From Salisapilia sapeloensis CBS 127946 (Eukaryota > Protista > Oomycota): DNA of 64,000 nt. The position numbers and the translations under genes are program-made. Shown here one piece after another: positions 11,282 to 23,069 of this stretch (positions within the stretch are counted from its first letter, which is position 1; each line of letters starts with the position of its first letter). Where the stretch lies: the NCBI GenBank assembly GCA_023334545.1, contig JAADVB010000017.1, forward strand, positions 1 through 64,000, read 5' to 3'. Below the pieces are notes generated by a model, which searched no databases, was not told the DNA's origin, and was given only the letters and a program-made list of their open reading frames with translations.

Positions 11282-11975
11282 CTATGCACGACGTGGACTA
11301 GAACTAAAACTTCTCGACTGCCTCCGCTCTCGTGCAAAGGCATGCGGAAAGACGCTTCGATCTCGACTACGACTACGATTTCTCCTCCTATCTCTATCAC
11401 TATTTCTACCGTCTTGAGTTCTTCGGCTTCTATTTAAAGAAGATCGACGTTGTGAGTAAGCTCTATCTGTACCATGACTACGTCGTCTTGCAGGTAAAGG
11501 CGATCGGCTACTACGGCTTCTACGAGAGTATCTCGGACTTTGGTTTCGATTTGACCTTCGAGAAGAGCTAGAGGAAATTTCTTCTCTTCGAGGTTCTTTC
11601 GGCGCTTCCGATTTTGACTTTTGTGCACCTCCTTTTGCTATCTCCACTTTGACTGGTTTGTCAAGAACCAGTAGCTCATTTCCATTCACGGCGGCATCAA
11701 CAGCCCGTTGAGCTTGCTCTGGCGTTTCAAAAATGATAAAGGCGAATCCTGGTGGCTATAACGATGTATATAAGAGTGAGCGATGTCGATTCCATAAGGA
11801 GTGGAGCAAGGAAGTGTACACGTCGGGCGATCCAGATATTATGAATAGCTCCAAAGCGTGCAAATACTGCTTCGAGATCAGCTTCATTGGCTTTCGTACG
11901 GAGGTTGCCAATGTACACACGACAGCCCATTGCATTGCTGTCGCTCTCAAGCGTTTTATCGTCGCTATCGCTCAT
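11282..11975 (-). CDS. SR-family splicing factor (RRM + RS domain; SRSF3/7-like; intron 11756-11819)
   Basis: RVYIGNL, then spliced IWIARR|PPGFAFIIF (RNP1), followed by an Arg/Ser-rich tail. Confidence 0.88.
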
Positions 11976-14334
11976 GACGATTTAGCTTGTCGATCAAGGT
12001 GTCGATGGAGGCTTTAGTAGGTAGTAAAGGTTGCTCGAAGGTAGCTTGTCCATTTGTGGTGATTTGATTGAAAATATCCAAAACGCTGTCTGGAAACTTG
12101 GGCAGAACGATTACGAGAGCAGAGTGCATTCTGCGTTTGACTTGTGATCTATTGCACTGGCCGAGCTGCCTCCTTGGTATATATACTAGCAAGTACACAT
12201 ATTCAACCAATTTCTTTTTAGATGGTATTAAATGCATGAAAGTTGACTCGTTTATATTGATTTTATGTAGCTAGATCCTGTCGACGAATCTAATGCTGTT
12301 CAGAACACTGCTTTATGGTTTTAGATGCGTAGGCTGATCGTACTTTGCGTGGCCTGGTACTTTCTTTTGCTATCTTTTTATATCCGTAGGGCATTATCAA
12401 GCAGATCGCCCAGATTGCCGTTTATCGAGTACTCAATCGCCAAGCCATCCGCTTGGGTATGTGGGAGAGTGGTAATGGCGCAATGCTTGCGTCATTCGAT
12501 CTACATGCAAAAGGTGGAATAATACAATTTCGACCTGATCGAGATGCTCTCTTTGAAGTCGCATCGAACGCTTCTCGCGCATCGTAGTCGTACCTGTATG
12601 ATCTACTTTCCCGTTCATCACCTATTTGGCACTCTTGCACAAGGATTTGCGTCCTGCTTCGTTTGTGTGCATTGTTCTTTGTTTCTTGTGAAATGGTCAG
12701 TCATACAGCCTACAACACGGACAAATTTTGCTATGAGGCTGATGCGCTTGACAGATAAACTGACGACTCGATCTCTTCACAGCTACCTGTAGAGCAAGCA
12801 TCCTGAGCAGAAATGTCTAATGGTAACGTGGCTACGATTGACAAGCACATGCTGTCCGCACGCGTAGGACTTTAACTGTAAAAGCATCGACGGATATTGT
12901 GGCTGAGAAGACTCGTGTTTGTCTGTGACGCTACTTTAATCAATACTTTGTGGACTGTCGTTGATCGATGAGGTGGTAGTGAGACTTTGTATTGGCACGA
13001 AAAGGTATAGGAAAGTGTGGCCCATGAGATTAAAGAGACTGACTGGTGGTAACGTGTACAGGTCCACCTCGTATCCTAGAGATGGCGTGCACGAGTGCTC
13101 CAAACCTTGTCGAGTTGACGCGATCAGACAAGCGAATGTGTGCGATCCATCACGCGTGTATTCTGCTCGGTGCATGGACTGAACTCGCCGCTGTGCAATG
13201 TCGAAAACTAAGGAGAACAGAAAAGTGGCCAAATCATTCGAGCCACATTTGTTGGGCGATGGAGTGAAACGCACATTCTCTCGATCTCAGATGTCTGTTC
13301 CGAGTATACTCGCAAGCAAAGAGTCTCTACCTTTGCTGGACAGCAGAGATGTCGATCAGGTGGTAAGCCCAGTACTTGCTCTTGCTGGCCAAGTTTCTGC
13401 TCACGTCGGATGTCGTACGCGTGAAGTGCGACGTCCGAGACTGGTTCAAGAAAACGTCCGGTTCCTGAAGAACAACGAAAACTTGTGGTGGATACGGCAA
13501 TTGCCCTCTAATTGCTTAGCCAGATTGCCAAAAGCATCTTGCGTACTTCGTTGTAATCTCGCAGTGCATAATATACCGTTCAACAAATGCATCTCTTATC
13601 CTGGTCCCGTGCAAACGCTTCCTAGCATGTAGCCAGTCTATTCCGTACTACTTGTAGCCTCCGATACAAAGCTCTTCGCTTGATAGCTAGTGTGGCGAGC
13701 AGCAGTTTTCTAGAGCTGAACGATCCGGGTCCTCAATTCCGTTTATGTACAAGCGCCTGCGGAAGATCTTGACAAAGACCCTGAACTTTTGGGTAGACCA
13801 AGCGCCCTGTCTGCCACCTTCTTCCAAATGCACCGGATCGATAGGGTTTCGAAGCAATATTCTGAGTAGGTACTACTTGTACAAGCATAGGTAGATGTCT
13901 TCATTCCTTCATGCTAAAGGATGGATTTAGAAGCACAGTCATCTACGCACGGATCATAAAGCACTGTGTAAGATTGATCGGACCATGTTCGGTATCTGCT
14001 CTTCGCGATTACAAACCTACCATCAGACTTTTTTCCCATCGTGCCGTCTGCCGAAACGGATGGCTAAGCACGACGATGCCATGTCTCTCCTACAAACGAT
14101 AGCAAAGTCAAGGTGGGACGATTGTACATCTCATGCAAGTGACTCTGACATTTTACTTGTAGGAACGATTTTAAGCTTCTTTCTTCGACAGCAAGCAATC
14201 AATGGCGTCGATACGTAACATCTATATGCAAGTTACTTGCTGTCCAAGTCTGCGTGCTCACTCATCCAGTTACTATCTCTGCGTCGAAGTGTCAACTTTT
14301 GTATCCGCAACTAGTGACGTCCTATCCACGTTCA

Positions 14335-15750
14335 ATGAGTAAAGACGAGCCTCGATGTGTGGATTCAATCTCCTGCAGAAACTCTCATTACACCATTTGC
14401 ACACTCGAGCTCAAGATGACCAACTCGTCCAAACCGTTGCGAAAGTTACGTAAATCATGTTCCTTAGCATCCTGTTCTCGACTTCCTGGTGAGTGCATGC
14501 ACTGTGCCTGTGACGGTCGATGTGGTCTCCATGGTCCTGGCCAATGTGGCGAACGTAGGGAAGGCAGTGGACCGAACTGCAAACGATCGGATTGTGCACA
14601 TGACGAGACTTGCACGCACAGTACTCGAGCTAGTTGCTGCCAATGCCGAAACCTCGTCACGACACAGAGCAGACTTTCCAGAAGCAAACGGGCCAAATCC
14701 GAAAGCTCTTTAGATCGCCAGGCATCCGGATCACGAGATACTCTGCCGACGACCATGTCAGCGTCAAGTCTTCCGACCCATGTGTCCAAACGTCCGCGAT
14801 TGGAAGAAGAGACTCCACAATGGTCGATGCAAGACGCTCTTTCATTCCTTCTCACCGATGTCGATGATCTCACGGAACGTGCGTTATGTGAATACCCCCA
14901 GTGGCGTTCACGTCGATCGACTTGCAATCTAATCGTGACGGTCGATGGCATCCAATTCAATCTGCACAAACACCCCGTTCTCTTCCACTCTGCTCTCCTA
15001 CGCACTCGCGTGAATGCACATGTAGAGAACGCATCTACCTCTAGCGTTCCTGCGATTCTAAATCTAGACAACTTTCCCGGCGGTGCAGATGCCTTCGATC
15101 GTCTCTGCATCTTCATGTACACGGGTGATCTCCCGCTTACGCCACATAAAGTCGCTGTCGTGTCTGCAGGTGCTGCGTACCTCGAGATGTCTGTCCACTT
15201 ACATACCAAGCTTCGTATATTCGTGGACAATCTTGTGGTCCGCCCGACGGACCTCGTGACTGTCATGCATGCCACAAACGACTACTTGAGCCATACGGAA
15301 GTAAAGGTAGCGTTAGAAGCAGTCAAAGTCGTAGACTACGCCGCGACGGCACTACCAAGAACGAGTCTCATTTCGCCAGACGTCCTATCTGCCTTCCTAC
15401 AGCTTCCCCTCCAAGTCTTCCAACGAGCTGTCAGGAAGCTCTCGAATGGTCACGAAGCTCGACAGAAAGAACTATTCCATTTGTACTTGAATGACTCGAT
15501 GTCGATGAATGTCAAGGTCGAGCGGATGATGCAGATCGTATCGTATGTGTCAAATGAGATGGAATCAGTCAAGTATTCGTATCAAGGAGGGCATGCATGT
15601 AGTGAGCCGATCTTTGGTAAGATGGCTGTGGATGAACTAAATGTCTTTAGTACTTCGCCACATTGTATGGATGCTTCGTTTGCACTGTCCCAACCTCCGA
15701 GTGTTCCTCGAGAGGTGAATCATTCAGTCGCAGACACCTTTTCATTCTAA
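14335..15750 (+). CDS. BTB/POZ protein (NPH3-like BTB) with an N-terminal Cys/His-rich region; start ATG 14335 or 14416
   Basis: FNLHKHPVLFHSALL...LDNFPGGADAFDRLCIFMY..YLEM is BTB-like. An Inr-like GCTCACTC near 14256 argues against the GTG start at 14254. Confidence 0.75.
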   Translation: MSKDEPRCVDSISCRNSHYTICTLELKMTNSSKPLRKLRKSCSLASCSRLPGECMHCACDGRCGLHGPGQCGERREGSGPNCKRSDCAHDETCTHSTRASCCQCRNLVTTQSRLSRSKRAKSESSLDRQASGSRDTLPTTMSASSLPTHVSKRPRLEEETPQWSMQDALSFLLTDVDDLTERALCEYPQWRSRRSTCNLIVTVDGIQFNLHKHPVLFHSALLRTRVNAHVENASTSSVPAILNLDNFPGGADAFDRLCIFMYTGDLPLTPHKVAVVSAGAAYLEMSVHLHTKLRIFVDNLVVRPTDLVTVMHATNDYLSHTEVKVALEAVKVVDYAATALPRTSLISPDVLSAFLQLPLQVFQRAVRKLSNGHEARQKELFHLYLNDSMSMNVKVERMMQIVSYVSNEMESVKYSYQGGHACSEPIFGKMAVDELNVFSTSPHCMDASFALSQPPSVPREVNHSVADTFSF

Positions 15751-15796
15751 TTCCTGCTTGTAATGTATTCCAATGAACTAGTTTTGTGTCTTTCAT

Positions 15797-16780
15797 TTAT
15801 TCCGTTTTCGTTTTTGGTGAAGATACGTACGGGTAGGAGCTGTATAGGTACATGCTAATAGCGACGAGTCCAGCAGCCATCCAGACTTCCATCGGTAGGA
15901 CCTTGTTGTACACGTAAGCTTCTGTCACAGCTGTGAGAGCGATGCCACAGATCAAGGCAAAGGATTTCATGACACCACCGACGGATTTCGTGACGGTACC
16001 GACGAGGATACCTCCAAAGGCGTTGGAAATGACTGGGACGAGTGTCCATTCGTCGCATCCTTCCAGAATGTCGAGCCATGCACCGTCCCTAGTTTCAAGT
16101 AACGTGTCGGGAGACTGGGTGATGTCTACGAGCGACTGCCATAGGAACGGCATGCACAGGAAGATGCTGCCGTAGAGAGATAACTCGATGGTGACCAGTG
16201 CAGCAGCTCTCTGGTCCGTCTGCATTGCTCTTTGGGTCAATGCAGCTCCGACACCGGAGAGCATGGATGCACCTAATGCCGGTACGAGACCCGTTTCGAA
16301 CGACATATTCATGTCGTTTTGAGTATCCTTGCCTCCGTCTTCCTTTGCGAGACTGAGTAGGACGGCAGCGGAGAGCAAAAGTACCATGGCAATGCATTGA
16401 GCAAACGAGTAGCGAGTACCCATGACGAGGAAGAGACTGACGGCCGTCCACAGGAGCTTGGTCTGATTGATCAAGTTAAAGACGATAGGAGGCAAGTGTT
16501 GATACGCAACTTGCAATAGCAGATTCTGGATTGCATAGGTGCAAGCAGGCAATCCGGATGCTTTGAGACTCTGTGCAAGTGTCCATTGCTTGAGTGTCGG
16601 GCCGAGCTGATTATTCATCATGAGCATGATAAGAGCGAAGAGTAGTTTCAAGAGTTCACATCCAATAACGAGGGCAGATGAGTGGACTGCATTGGCAGCA
16701 AATTCCTTATAAAGCACTGGTTGCATACCAAATTGGATAGCAAGTAGCACCATCGCGACATATCCCGTGGTTGTGCTCAT
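15797..16780 (-). CDS. Nucleotide-sugar transporter, SLC35A-type (UDP-galactose/CMP-sialic acid family)
   Basis: PACTYAIQNLL, NQTKLLWTA and GGILVGTVTK...MKSFA motifs with about 9-10 hydrophobic segments. Confidence 0.88.
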   Translation of the reverse strand: MSTTTGYVAMVLLAIQFGMQPVLYKEFAANAVHSSALVIGCELLKLLFALIMLMMNNQLGPTLKQWTLAQSLKASGLPACTYAIQNLLLQVAYQHLPPIVFNLINQTKLLWTAVSLFLVMGTRYSFAQCIAMVLLLSAAVLLSLAKEDGGKDTQNDMNMSFETGLVPALGASMLSGVGAALTQRAMQTDQRAAALVTIELSLYGSIFLCMPFLWQSLVDITQSPDTLLETRDGAWLDILEGCDEWTLVPVISNAFGGILVGTVTKSVGGVMKSFALICGIALTAVTEAYVYNKVLPMEVWMAAGLVAISMYLYSSYPYVSSPKTKTE

Positions 16781-16908
16781 TGCTGCAGATTTGAAGATTT
16801 GCAAAATGGTCCAAAGCTCACCACGTCACTTGGTAAAAGTTCAAGGCTGATTTTCAACCAATGATTGATGAGCAAAGATTTCTGTATATAACAGCAGAAA
16901 AATCGAAA

Positions 16909-17130
16909 ATGAGCTCCAAGCAAGAAGACAAGAAGGAGAAGCCTGCGTCGCTCGTGATCGTGACGGAGGAAGATGATGAGTTCGAGGAATTTGAGGATGG
17001 AGATTGGAATGCACGTGCAGAAGAGCGTGAAGGACAGTTAAAGCAGCAATGGCAGGACGACTGGGATCTGGACGACGCGGACGACGACTTTTGCAACCGT
17101 CTTCGACAGGAATTGCAAAAGCATAGTTAA
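16909..17130 (+). CDS. SEM1: 26S proteasome subunit SEM1/DSS1
   Basis: EEDDEFEEF...WQDDWD..D.DDDF...LR.EL signature in a 73-aa acidic protein. Confidence 0.92.
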   Translation: MSSKQEDKKEKPASLVIVTEEDDEFEEFEDGDWNARAEEREGQLKQQWQDDWDLDDADDDFCNRLRQELQKHS

Positions 17131-17216
17131 GTCAAGTCATTGGCAGACTAGATGGAAGGAGGCAGGAAATAAAGGTGGAATCTTTTTTTTCTTTTCTATT
17201 ACCGTACCCAGCAACA

Positions 17217-17789
17217 TTACTCGTCCTTGAGGTGACTCGGTGGCTGCGGCGTATACAATGCATCCCGCTTCCACTCGGGCACGTTTTTAAAGGCGTTTTC
17301 CATTTCTCGCTGACTTGTCTCGAGGATCGCTTGCGGCGAAACTTCCTCGAGGACGTCCACTTCCTCTTCCTCCTCGTCTTCCTCGTCTTCCTCAAAGTCG
17401 TCTTCCGCTTCCTGTGCAGGCTGGAACTCTTGCTGCAACGACTCGAGTGGCTGGCGAGTGTTCATGAGTCGGTCGATTGGATCACGAATTTTGAACGTCT
17501 GGAAGCGCAAGATCGGGAAACTGTTCTTCATCATCGCATCTAGCTCTTGCAATACGGCAGGAGCAGCGTTGAATTGAGATACGACGAGTTTCGCATCGTA
17601 ATGGCGTTGCAATGCACCCCATCGACGGTCCTCGACGGCGTAGCCTAGACGCTTCTCACCGCGGTTTTCGACATTTCGGACGACACCGCCTTCCTTGGTG
17701 ATAATACGAGCACAGTCCTGGAAGACTTGGGCGACTTCCTTAGGCGTCGCCTTCAAATTAGCCAGCACCACTTGCTTATACAGCGGCAT
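17217..17789 (-). CDS. MRPS6: Mitochondrial ribosomal protein bS6m with an acidic C-terminal extension
   Basis: MPLYKQVV...GGVVRNVENRGEKRLGY...ILRFQTFK pattern of the S6 family. Confidence 0.8.
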   Translation of the reverse strand: MPLYKQVVLANLKATPKEVAQVFQDCARIITKEGGVVRNVENRGEKRLGYAVEDRRWGALQRHYDAKLVVSQFNAAPAVLQELDAMMKNSFPILRFQTFKIRDPIDRLMNTRQPLESLQQEFQPAQEAEDDFEEDEEDEEEEEVDVLEEVSPQAILETSQREMENAFKNVPEWKRDALYTPQPPSHLKDE

Positions 17790-18205
17790 CGTACTTGCGT
17801 TTTTGATGGCGGGGAAGTAGTGTCTTGAATTATTCGGACACTTGTGTTCTACTATGAAATGTATTCATTATTTCGAGACATATGGTGGGAAGCGAGTACT
17901 CCCGATCTACATGTACTCCATGTGGGCATGTATACCATTTATGAGTGTGTAGCTTCCTTGAGGTTTAAGTAGAAAATCCATGATCGCTGTGCGTCTTTCC
18001 CCGACGAAAATCGAAGCCGGATTGTAAGTTAGGCAATGGTCATCAGACGAGGCGGCCGCTCATCAAGACATCCCGATCGCTTTTCATTTTTCATTTTCAC
18101 TTTTCACTTAATCCTCCTCTGGCCATGGACCTCGTCTGTACGATTGCCGACCTCATTGTGGTGCGTTTTTTACTGTATGCAAGCTTTTTGCCAATCTAAC
18201 TTTAT

Positions 18206-19168
18206 ATGCAGCCTGGTGTCGGAACGACGGTCACGATGACACTCAGTTATGTCTTTCGCTTATGCCAATCGATCAAGGACAATCAGAGTCTTTGCCAACG
18301 CGTTCATAAGAGACTGCACGATGTCTATGAAGAGCTGGAAGCCATGGAGAAGAACAACACGTTGCCGAATAATGCATTGATCGCTAAGTATGGCTACGCG
18401 CTAGCTCGCTTTCTACACTATCTGGAAACCCAGGTGGAACGTCAGCGCAACGTCTTCCTACGCTTTGCCCATGCTCGACAAGCACTGGATGAGTTGCAAG
18501 AGCTACAGCAAGACATTGACGTCCTATTCAAGCTACTCAATCTTGCTCACATCCAGCAAATGACACTTTGGCGACGAGAGTGGGAGGCAGAGCAGTTGCG
18601 TCATACAAAGCAAATGAGTCGACTACTAGACCACACGACTCAGCTACGAGATGAACTACAAGGCAAAGCATTGGCCAAAGCGCTAACAATGGTGAAAGCC
18701 GATATTGAACAAGAGAATGACTCGGACCATGGATACCTCGCTTTCAATCGCAGCGGGAAAGTGTTCTATGGTTCTTGGCGACAGTCGCCAAAGGGATATA
18801 CGGTGGATGTTTCTGATTACAACGATGACACCTTGGCTTGCGATAGTGACGAGGTCACTGGCGAAGGTGCCACTTTGACTTGCGAATGCGACGAAAACGA
18901 ATGCGCATGTGATGGGAAACAGACTCGGACACCGTCTCGTGGATTTTACCTTTGGCGCATCTTTTACGAAGCTCTCGTGAGTCGCGAGCTGTTGGCAGAA
19001 CAACAGAAGCGTTATGTCGTGAAAAAATGGGCTAGTGCATCCACAAGTGCAAGTACTAGACATTCGACCGGTGAGCGGATGTTCAAGCTCCAGTCTTCCC
19101 ACTCCTTCTCCTCTACCTCGTCTCCAAAGAAAGCATTTAAACGCAGTTATAGTGAAGAAGGTAGCTAG
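18206..19168 (+). CDS. Protein with an MLKL-like N-terminal helical bundle (as in oomycete TKL kinases) and no recognisable kinase domain
   Basis: LCQRVHKRL...KYGYALARFLHYL...VFLRFAHARQ...QDIDVLFKLLNLAH..MTLWRREW resembles the N-terminal domain of oomycete TKL kinases. No HRD or DFG motif follows. Confidence 0.6.
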   Translation: MQPGVGTTVTMTLSYVFRLCQSIKDNQSLCQRVHKRLHDVYEELEAMEKNNTLPNNALIAKYGYALARFLHYLETQVERQRNVFLRFAHARQALDELQELQQDIDVLFKLLNLAHIQQMTLWRREWEAEQLRHTKQMSRLLDHTTQLRDELQGKALAKALTMVKADIEQENDSDHGYLAFNRSGKVFYGSWRQSPKGYTVDVSDYNDDTLACDSDEVTGEGATLTCECDENECACDGKQTRTPSRGFYLWRIFYEALVSRELLAEQQKRYVVKKWASASTSASTRHSTGERMFKLQSSHSFSSTSSPKKAFKRSYSEEGS

Positions 19169-20952
19169 TAGTAGGAGAGCTGTACTAGTTTATAACGTCA
19201 ATATAAATCCTACAAGTACGTATCATGGGTGCTATTGTGATCTTACGAACAAAGTCGTACTTCCCGCGTCTGAGAACGTCCCAGGTGGGTACATCACGTC
19301 AGATGAATAATTAAAAGCTATCCCACGCGTGTGCGATCTGGTTTAGTTTGGACATGGAATAGATGTTCCCATCTATATCAGATCCATGTTCTCGATCAGG
19401 AGCTTGGGAAAAGCGAGTAAGTGTATGTGCCAAGTTACCATCGCTTCACTTTCCCGTTTGACAAGCGACGGGAAATGCAGGTGGAAGTGCGCGCATGGAC
19501 AGTACCACTATCCAACACCGACGGCATTGGCATGATGCTGTCTTGGATGGCTTCCACATCTCCTGCGAACCTTTGCTCTATACTTAAAATACCAGGAAAA
19601 TAAAAATTCTTACTCATGCAGATCACGACGATGTGTTCAGTGCGGTCGAACATCTGCGTATTCCAAGATGACATTGGTGTGTAGATCAAAGAGCTGGAGC
19701 AACATCAAATGCTAGGTCTTAATGTGTAGCGAGCTCAATGGGAAACGAGTTAGACATGCAGGAAGATTATTTGCAGTCTCTACTGCCATAAAATAATACA
19801 TTGCTGACTCTAGTGCATGAGCTACAGCGTTCCGAAAAGCTCTTGTTTAATTATTTATTGTTCTGGATTGGAAACGATTCTTGAAGCAGAACATTTTGGC
19901 GGTACGAGCCTCATGCTTCTAGATAAGAAAATGGTCAAGCTGCCAGAAATTAAAGCAGCCGATTCATCTGCATGCTTCCTCCGACGTAGCCTTGTGGGGT
20001 AGAGTTTGGAAGTTTAAATTGGCAGCGGGTCATGCGAAGCTGTCTGTGTGGTAATGCTAGTCGGAGCTAAAGGTGTCGGGTGGGAAACTATTGATGATCA
20101 TGACCAAGTAGATCAAGCTTTTGCATAAGAGGCGAAAGCCAGATACCATTTGAAACATCATGTGTATATTCTTTAATTCTGTGAGGTTTCCTTCTCGATC
20201 TTTTACGCTTCCCTTTTGGGAGGAACTTCACCATGGAAACTCTGATCGGCGTAGAAATTGATTGTAATCGTGGCGGCTCTTTTAAGAAGTACTAGAGAAG
20301 ACGAGATATCTTCGTTCCTACCGGATAATCCACGGACAGTTGGATGGCAGTAGCCAGTATTCATTTCCGAAGCCGCTTTAAAGTAAAGACTGGTCTGCAT
20401 TGTCTTTAATCTGCGACTGAACAGTAATGAGGTCGAGGTCACGATAAGTGGTAACCGGGCTGTCAATAGAGTAGAAGTAGGCGAAGGCACATTCAGGGAT
20501 GCAAACGCTTTAAATGTAGCGAATGTGGTACCTGAATTGATGGACAGTCTATCTTCCAAAGTCGAAGAAGAAAAATCGCAAAGAGAGGCGTACGTAGCTC
20601 CCGATCTTAATAAGCAGAAAAAATACATCGGCGATGCGTCATTAAAACAGGCAAACCGTACAGCTACCTATGGCAGGTTACTAATTCGATGTGGACCAAT
20701 CTACGTTACAAGACATATTGCTGCATATAATCGGTCAAGCGTATGCATAGGCATGTATTGATCCTTTTAAGCACCCTCGACGTACACGAATAGCATACTT
20801 GTACCGACTATAAGACCCAAGTGATAGATGTCCTATCTATGCATTTGATGCATCCTACGCTATAGACACATGAACAACTGAACACTTTCAAGTCAAAGTA
20901 CTGGCTTTCGTATTTATGTAGCTAGACTTTGCTTGCAAGTACTCTGCATTGC

Positions 20953-21879
20953 TCAAGCACCGGAGAGTAGTTTTTCAATCGCTTGGCCTTCATCGCCACC
21001 ACAAGCTTGCAAAGCAGCCTTTGCCTGCGTTTCGTCAAAACCCATGTCAGTGAGTCTCGATACAGCAGCATCATCTGTAGACGCCTCCTTTGCATATGAT
21101 TCGGTCCAGAATCGAGCGGTGCTAGCAAATTGCTCCGGGTCATTCAAGTACATCTTAGCTACTTCGGCATCCTACCACCATACGAATAAGATGGCTATAG
21201 AAGAAAGCTCAAGGAAATAACGTACTTGTGGATCCTCCGGCTCGGCTGCGGATAGTAGAGCTTGGACGGACAGCAAAGCTGTCTTAATAGTCAGTGCTGG
21301 TGACCACTCGTCTTTTAAGATATCCTAATAGCACGTTAATAAGAAGTAGTTAGCATGGGATTCGTAAGTAAGATGTATGGAGAGTACGAGGCAAATAGCG
21401 CCTGTTTGGGACGAGATGTTCGGATGCCAGATTTTAGTCTCAAAGCGCATTTTTGGCGGCTCAAAAGGATAACTACGATATCAGGACAAAGATACGTTGA
21501 ATGTGATCTACAAACAGCTTCGGTAATGTTATAGAAATGTACTTGGATGGGATAATCGTCTCGATGTGGAAGACACCACCTTCATAAGGTGTGCCTGGTG
21601 GACCTTGTATTGTGCCTCGAAGCAAGCTAATGTCACCAGATGTGACTGGAACGGCTGTGACACCAGAGATGTTTGCAGCTCGTTGGCATTCCTCTAATTC
21701 CTTTACGATTCGTCCTCCTGCATATAGAAAATAGAACGTCAGATCCAAATATCGTCTAAAGCTTTTGATACTAATAGATTGATATAAAGAGCATAGAGAG
21801 AGTATGGAGCAATGCCATCTGAGCTCTTATAAACATAGAAAGAGAAAGTAAGAGGCTTAGTATACGTACGTGGAGCCAT
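20953..21879 (-). CDS. UBE2K: Ubiquitin-conjugating enzyme E2-25K/Ubc1 type with a C-terminal UBA domain (5 exons)
   Basis: Spliced [14 protein letters not shown]...[10 protein letters not shown]...[28 protein letters not shown]|[11 protein letters not shown], then LTDMGF (UBA). All junctions checked are GT-AG. Confidence 0.92.
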
Positions 21880-22049
21880 TGGTACGTATCGTCTATAGGA
21901 TTTTTCTTTGTGTGTCAAAATTTCTTGCTTAGGTGTGCTGAGACGATCCGGAAAGAAGTAGGTACTAAGAAAAGAAATTGAAACAAATCTATTGTATTTT
22001 CAAGTATGTAGCAATGTAGTTGGTCAAGTACCTGTACTGATGTTTGTGC

Positions 22050-23069
22050 TTACTCTTGTTTTTCAGTACGACGTTGGCGTTTTTTCATCAGAGCTGGTAC
22101 GAGTAGACCGAGAGCTAGAAGTGATAAGGACCCAACGACGCGTAAGTCGAAGAGGTCTTTCGTGCTTTCCAATGTCGATAACACTGCGCCAGCTTGGACG
22201 GTAATGAAGTTGTATGGGAGCAGTCCTATGAGTGCTGCAAGTGTGAATTTAGGCATGGGTACGTCGAGCCATGGACTGGTGAGATTCAGGAACCAATTGG
22301 CTGTGAATGGAAAGACACGGAAGAAGAGTAGCACGTAGAATAGCTGTCCTTCTTGGCTGGCAACGTCGATCTTTTGTCTCACTATGGCCAGTTTTCCAGG
22401 CATTATACGGTCACATGCACCCACCACCATGTCCTCTGATAGTAGAGTCGATGACAAGATGTAGCAAAACGTTGCCCCACAAGCAGTCAGGATGGATACG
22501 AATGGAAATGAGACCCACATCGGCAGCACCGCGCCGGCGCAAACGTTAAGTAGGGCAGAACCAGGGATAGCAAAGGTCTGTTTGAGAAGGTAGATGCAAG
22601 CGAAGCAAAGCATCGCCAATGGAAAGTCGACGGCAAAGATATGCAGTAGCGTAGCATGGCACCTCTGCAGCTCTTTTAGACTAGATAACGCTTGGATGGA
22701 AAGCTGGTCGAGCGTGGACGTCGCCATACCCTGCGCCTCATCGTGCTCTCGGACGACGGTCACAAGGTGAGAGCACAAAGCCAATGTGATGCCAATCGCG
22801 ATGGCAAAGATGCTACCAAACCGAGTCAAAAGCTGTGCAAATGAAGATAGCGTAGATCCACTTGGTTTTATAGGGATGTCCGCCTCTGCACTTGCTTCCA
22901 TCCTTGTGTTCATCTCCTCGAAGCTCGCTCTGACAGCGGCGTTGGTACGCCCGTGTAGTCCCATCGTCACGATCCTGAACCGATGTGTAATTGCGATGGA
23001 CCAGCTTCTACGCATTCCAAAGGCGGTCTCTCTATACCTCACTAGTAGAAGGAAAATAGATCTGTACAT
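22050..23069 (-). CDS. TMEM41: TMEM41/VTT (SNARE-associated Golgi, DedA-family) membrane protein; true start may be ATG 22964
   Basis: YLLKQTFAIPGSALLNVCAGA, FFRVFPFTANWFLNL and LIGLLPYNFITVQAG motifs. Confidence 0.85.
   Translation of the reverse strand: MYRSIFLLLVRYRETAFGMRRSWSIAITHRFRIVTMGLHGRTNAAVRASFEEMNTRMEASAEADIPIKPSGSTLSSFAQLLTRFGSIFAIAIGITLALCSHLVTVVREHDEAQGMATSTLDQLSIQALSSLKELQRCHATLLHIFAVDFPLAMLCFACIYLLKQTFAIPGSALLNVCAGAVLPMWVSFPFVSILTACGATFCYILSSTLLSEDMVVGACDRIMPGKLAIVRQKIDVASQEGQLFYVLLFFRVFPFTANWFLNLTSPWLDVPMPKFTLAALIGLLPYNFITVQAGAVLSTLESTKDLFDLRVVGSLSLLALGLLVPALMKKRQRRTEKQE

Noticed and set aside
12940-13632. Two same-frame ORFs separated by one TGA (13180-13182) in the context C-M-D-*, resembling a CxxU selenoprotein motif
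   Set aside because: The surrounding sequence is not thioredoxin-like and matches no selenoprotein I know. I could not see a SECIS (AUGA..AA..GA stem) downstream. A SECISearch run or a Cys-homolog hit would be needed to revive it.
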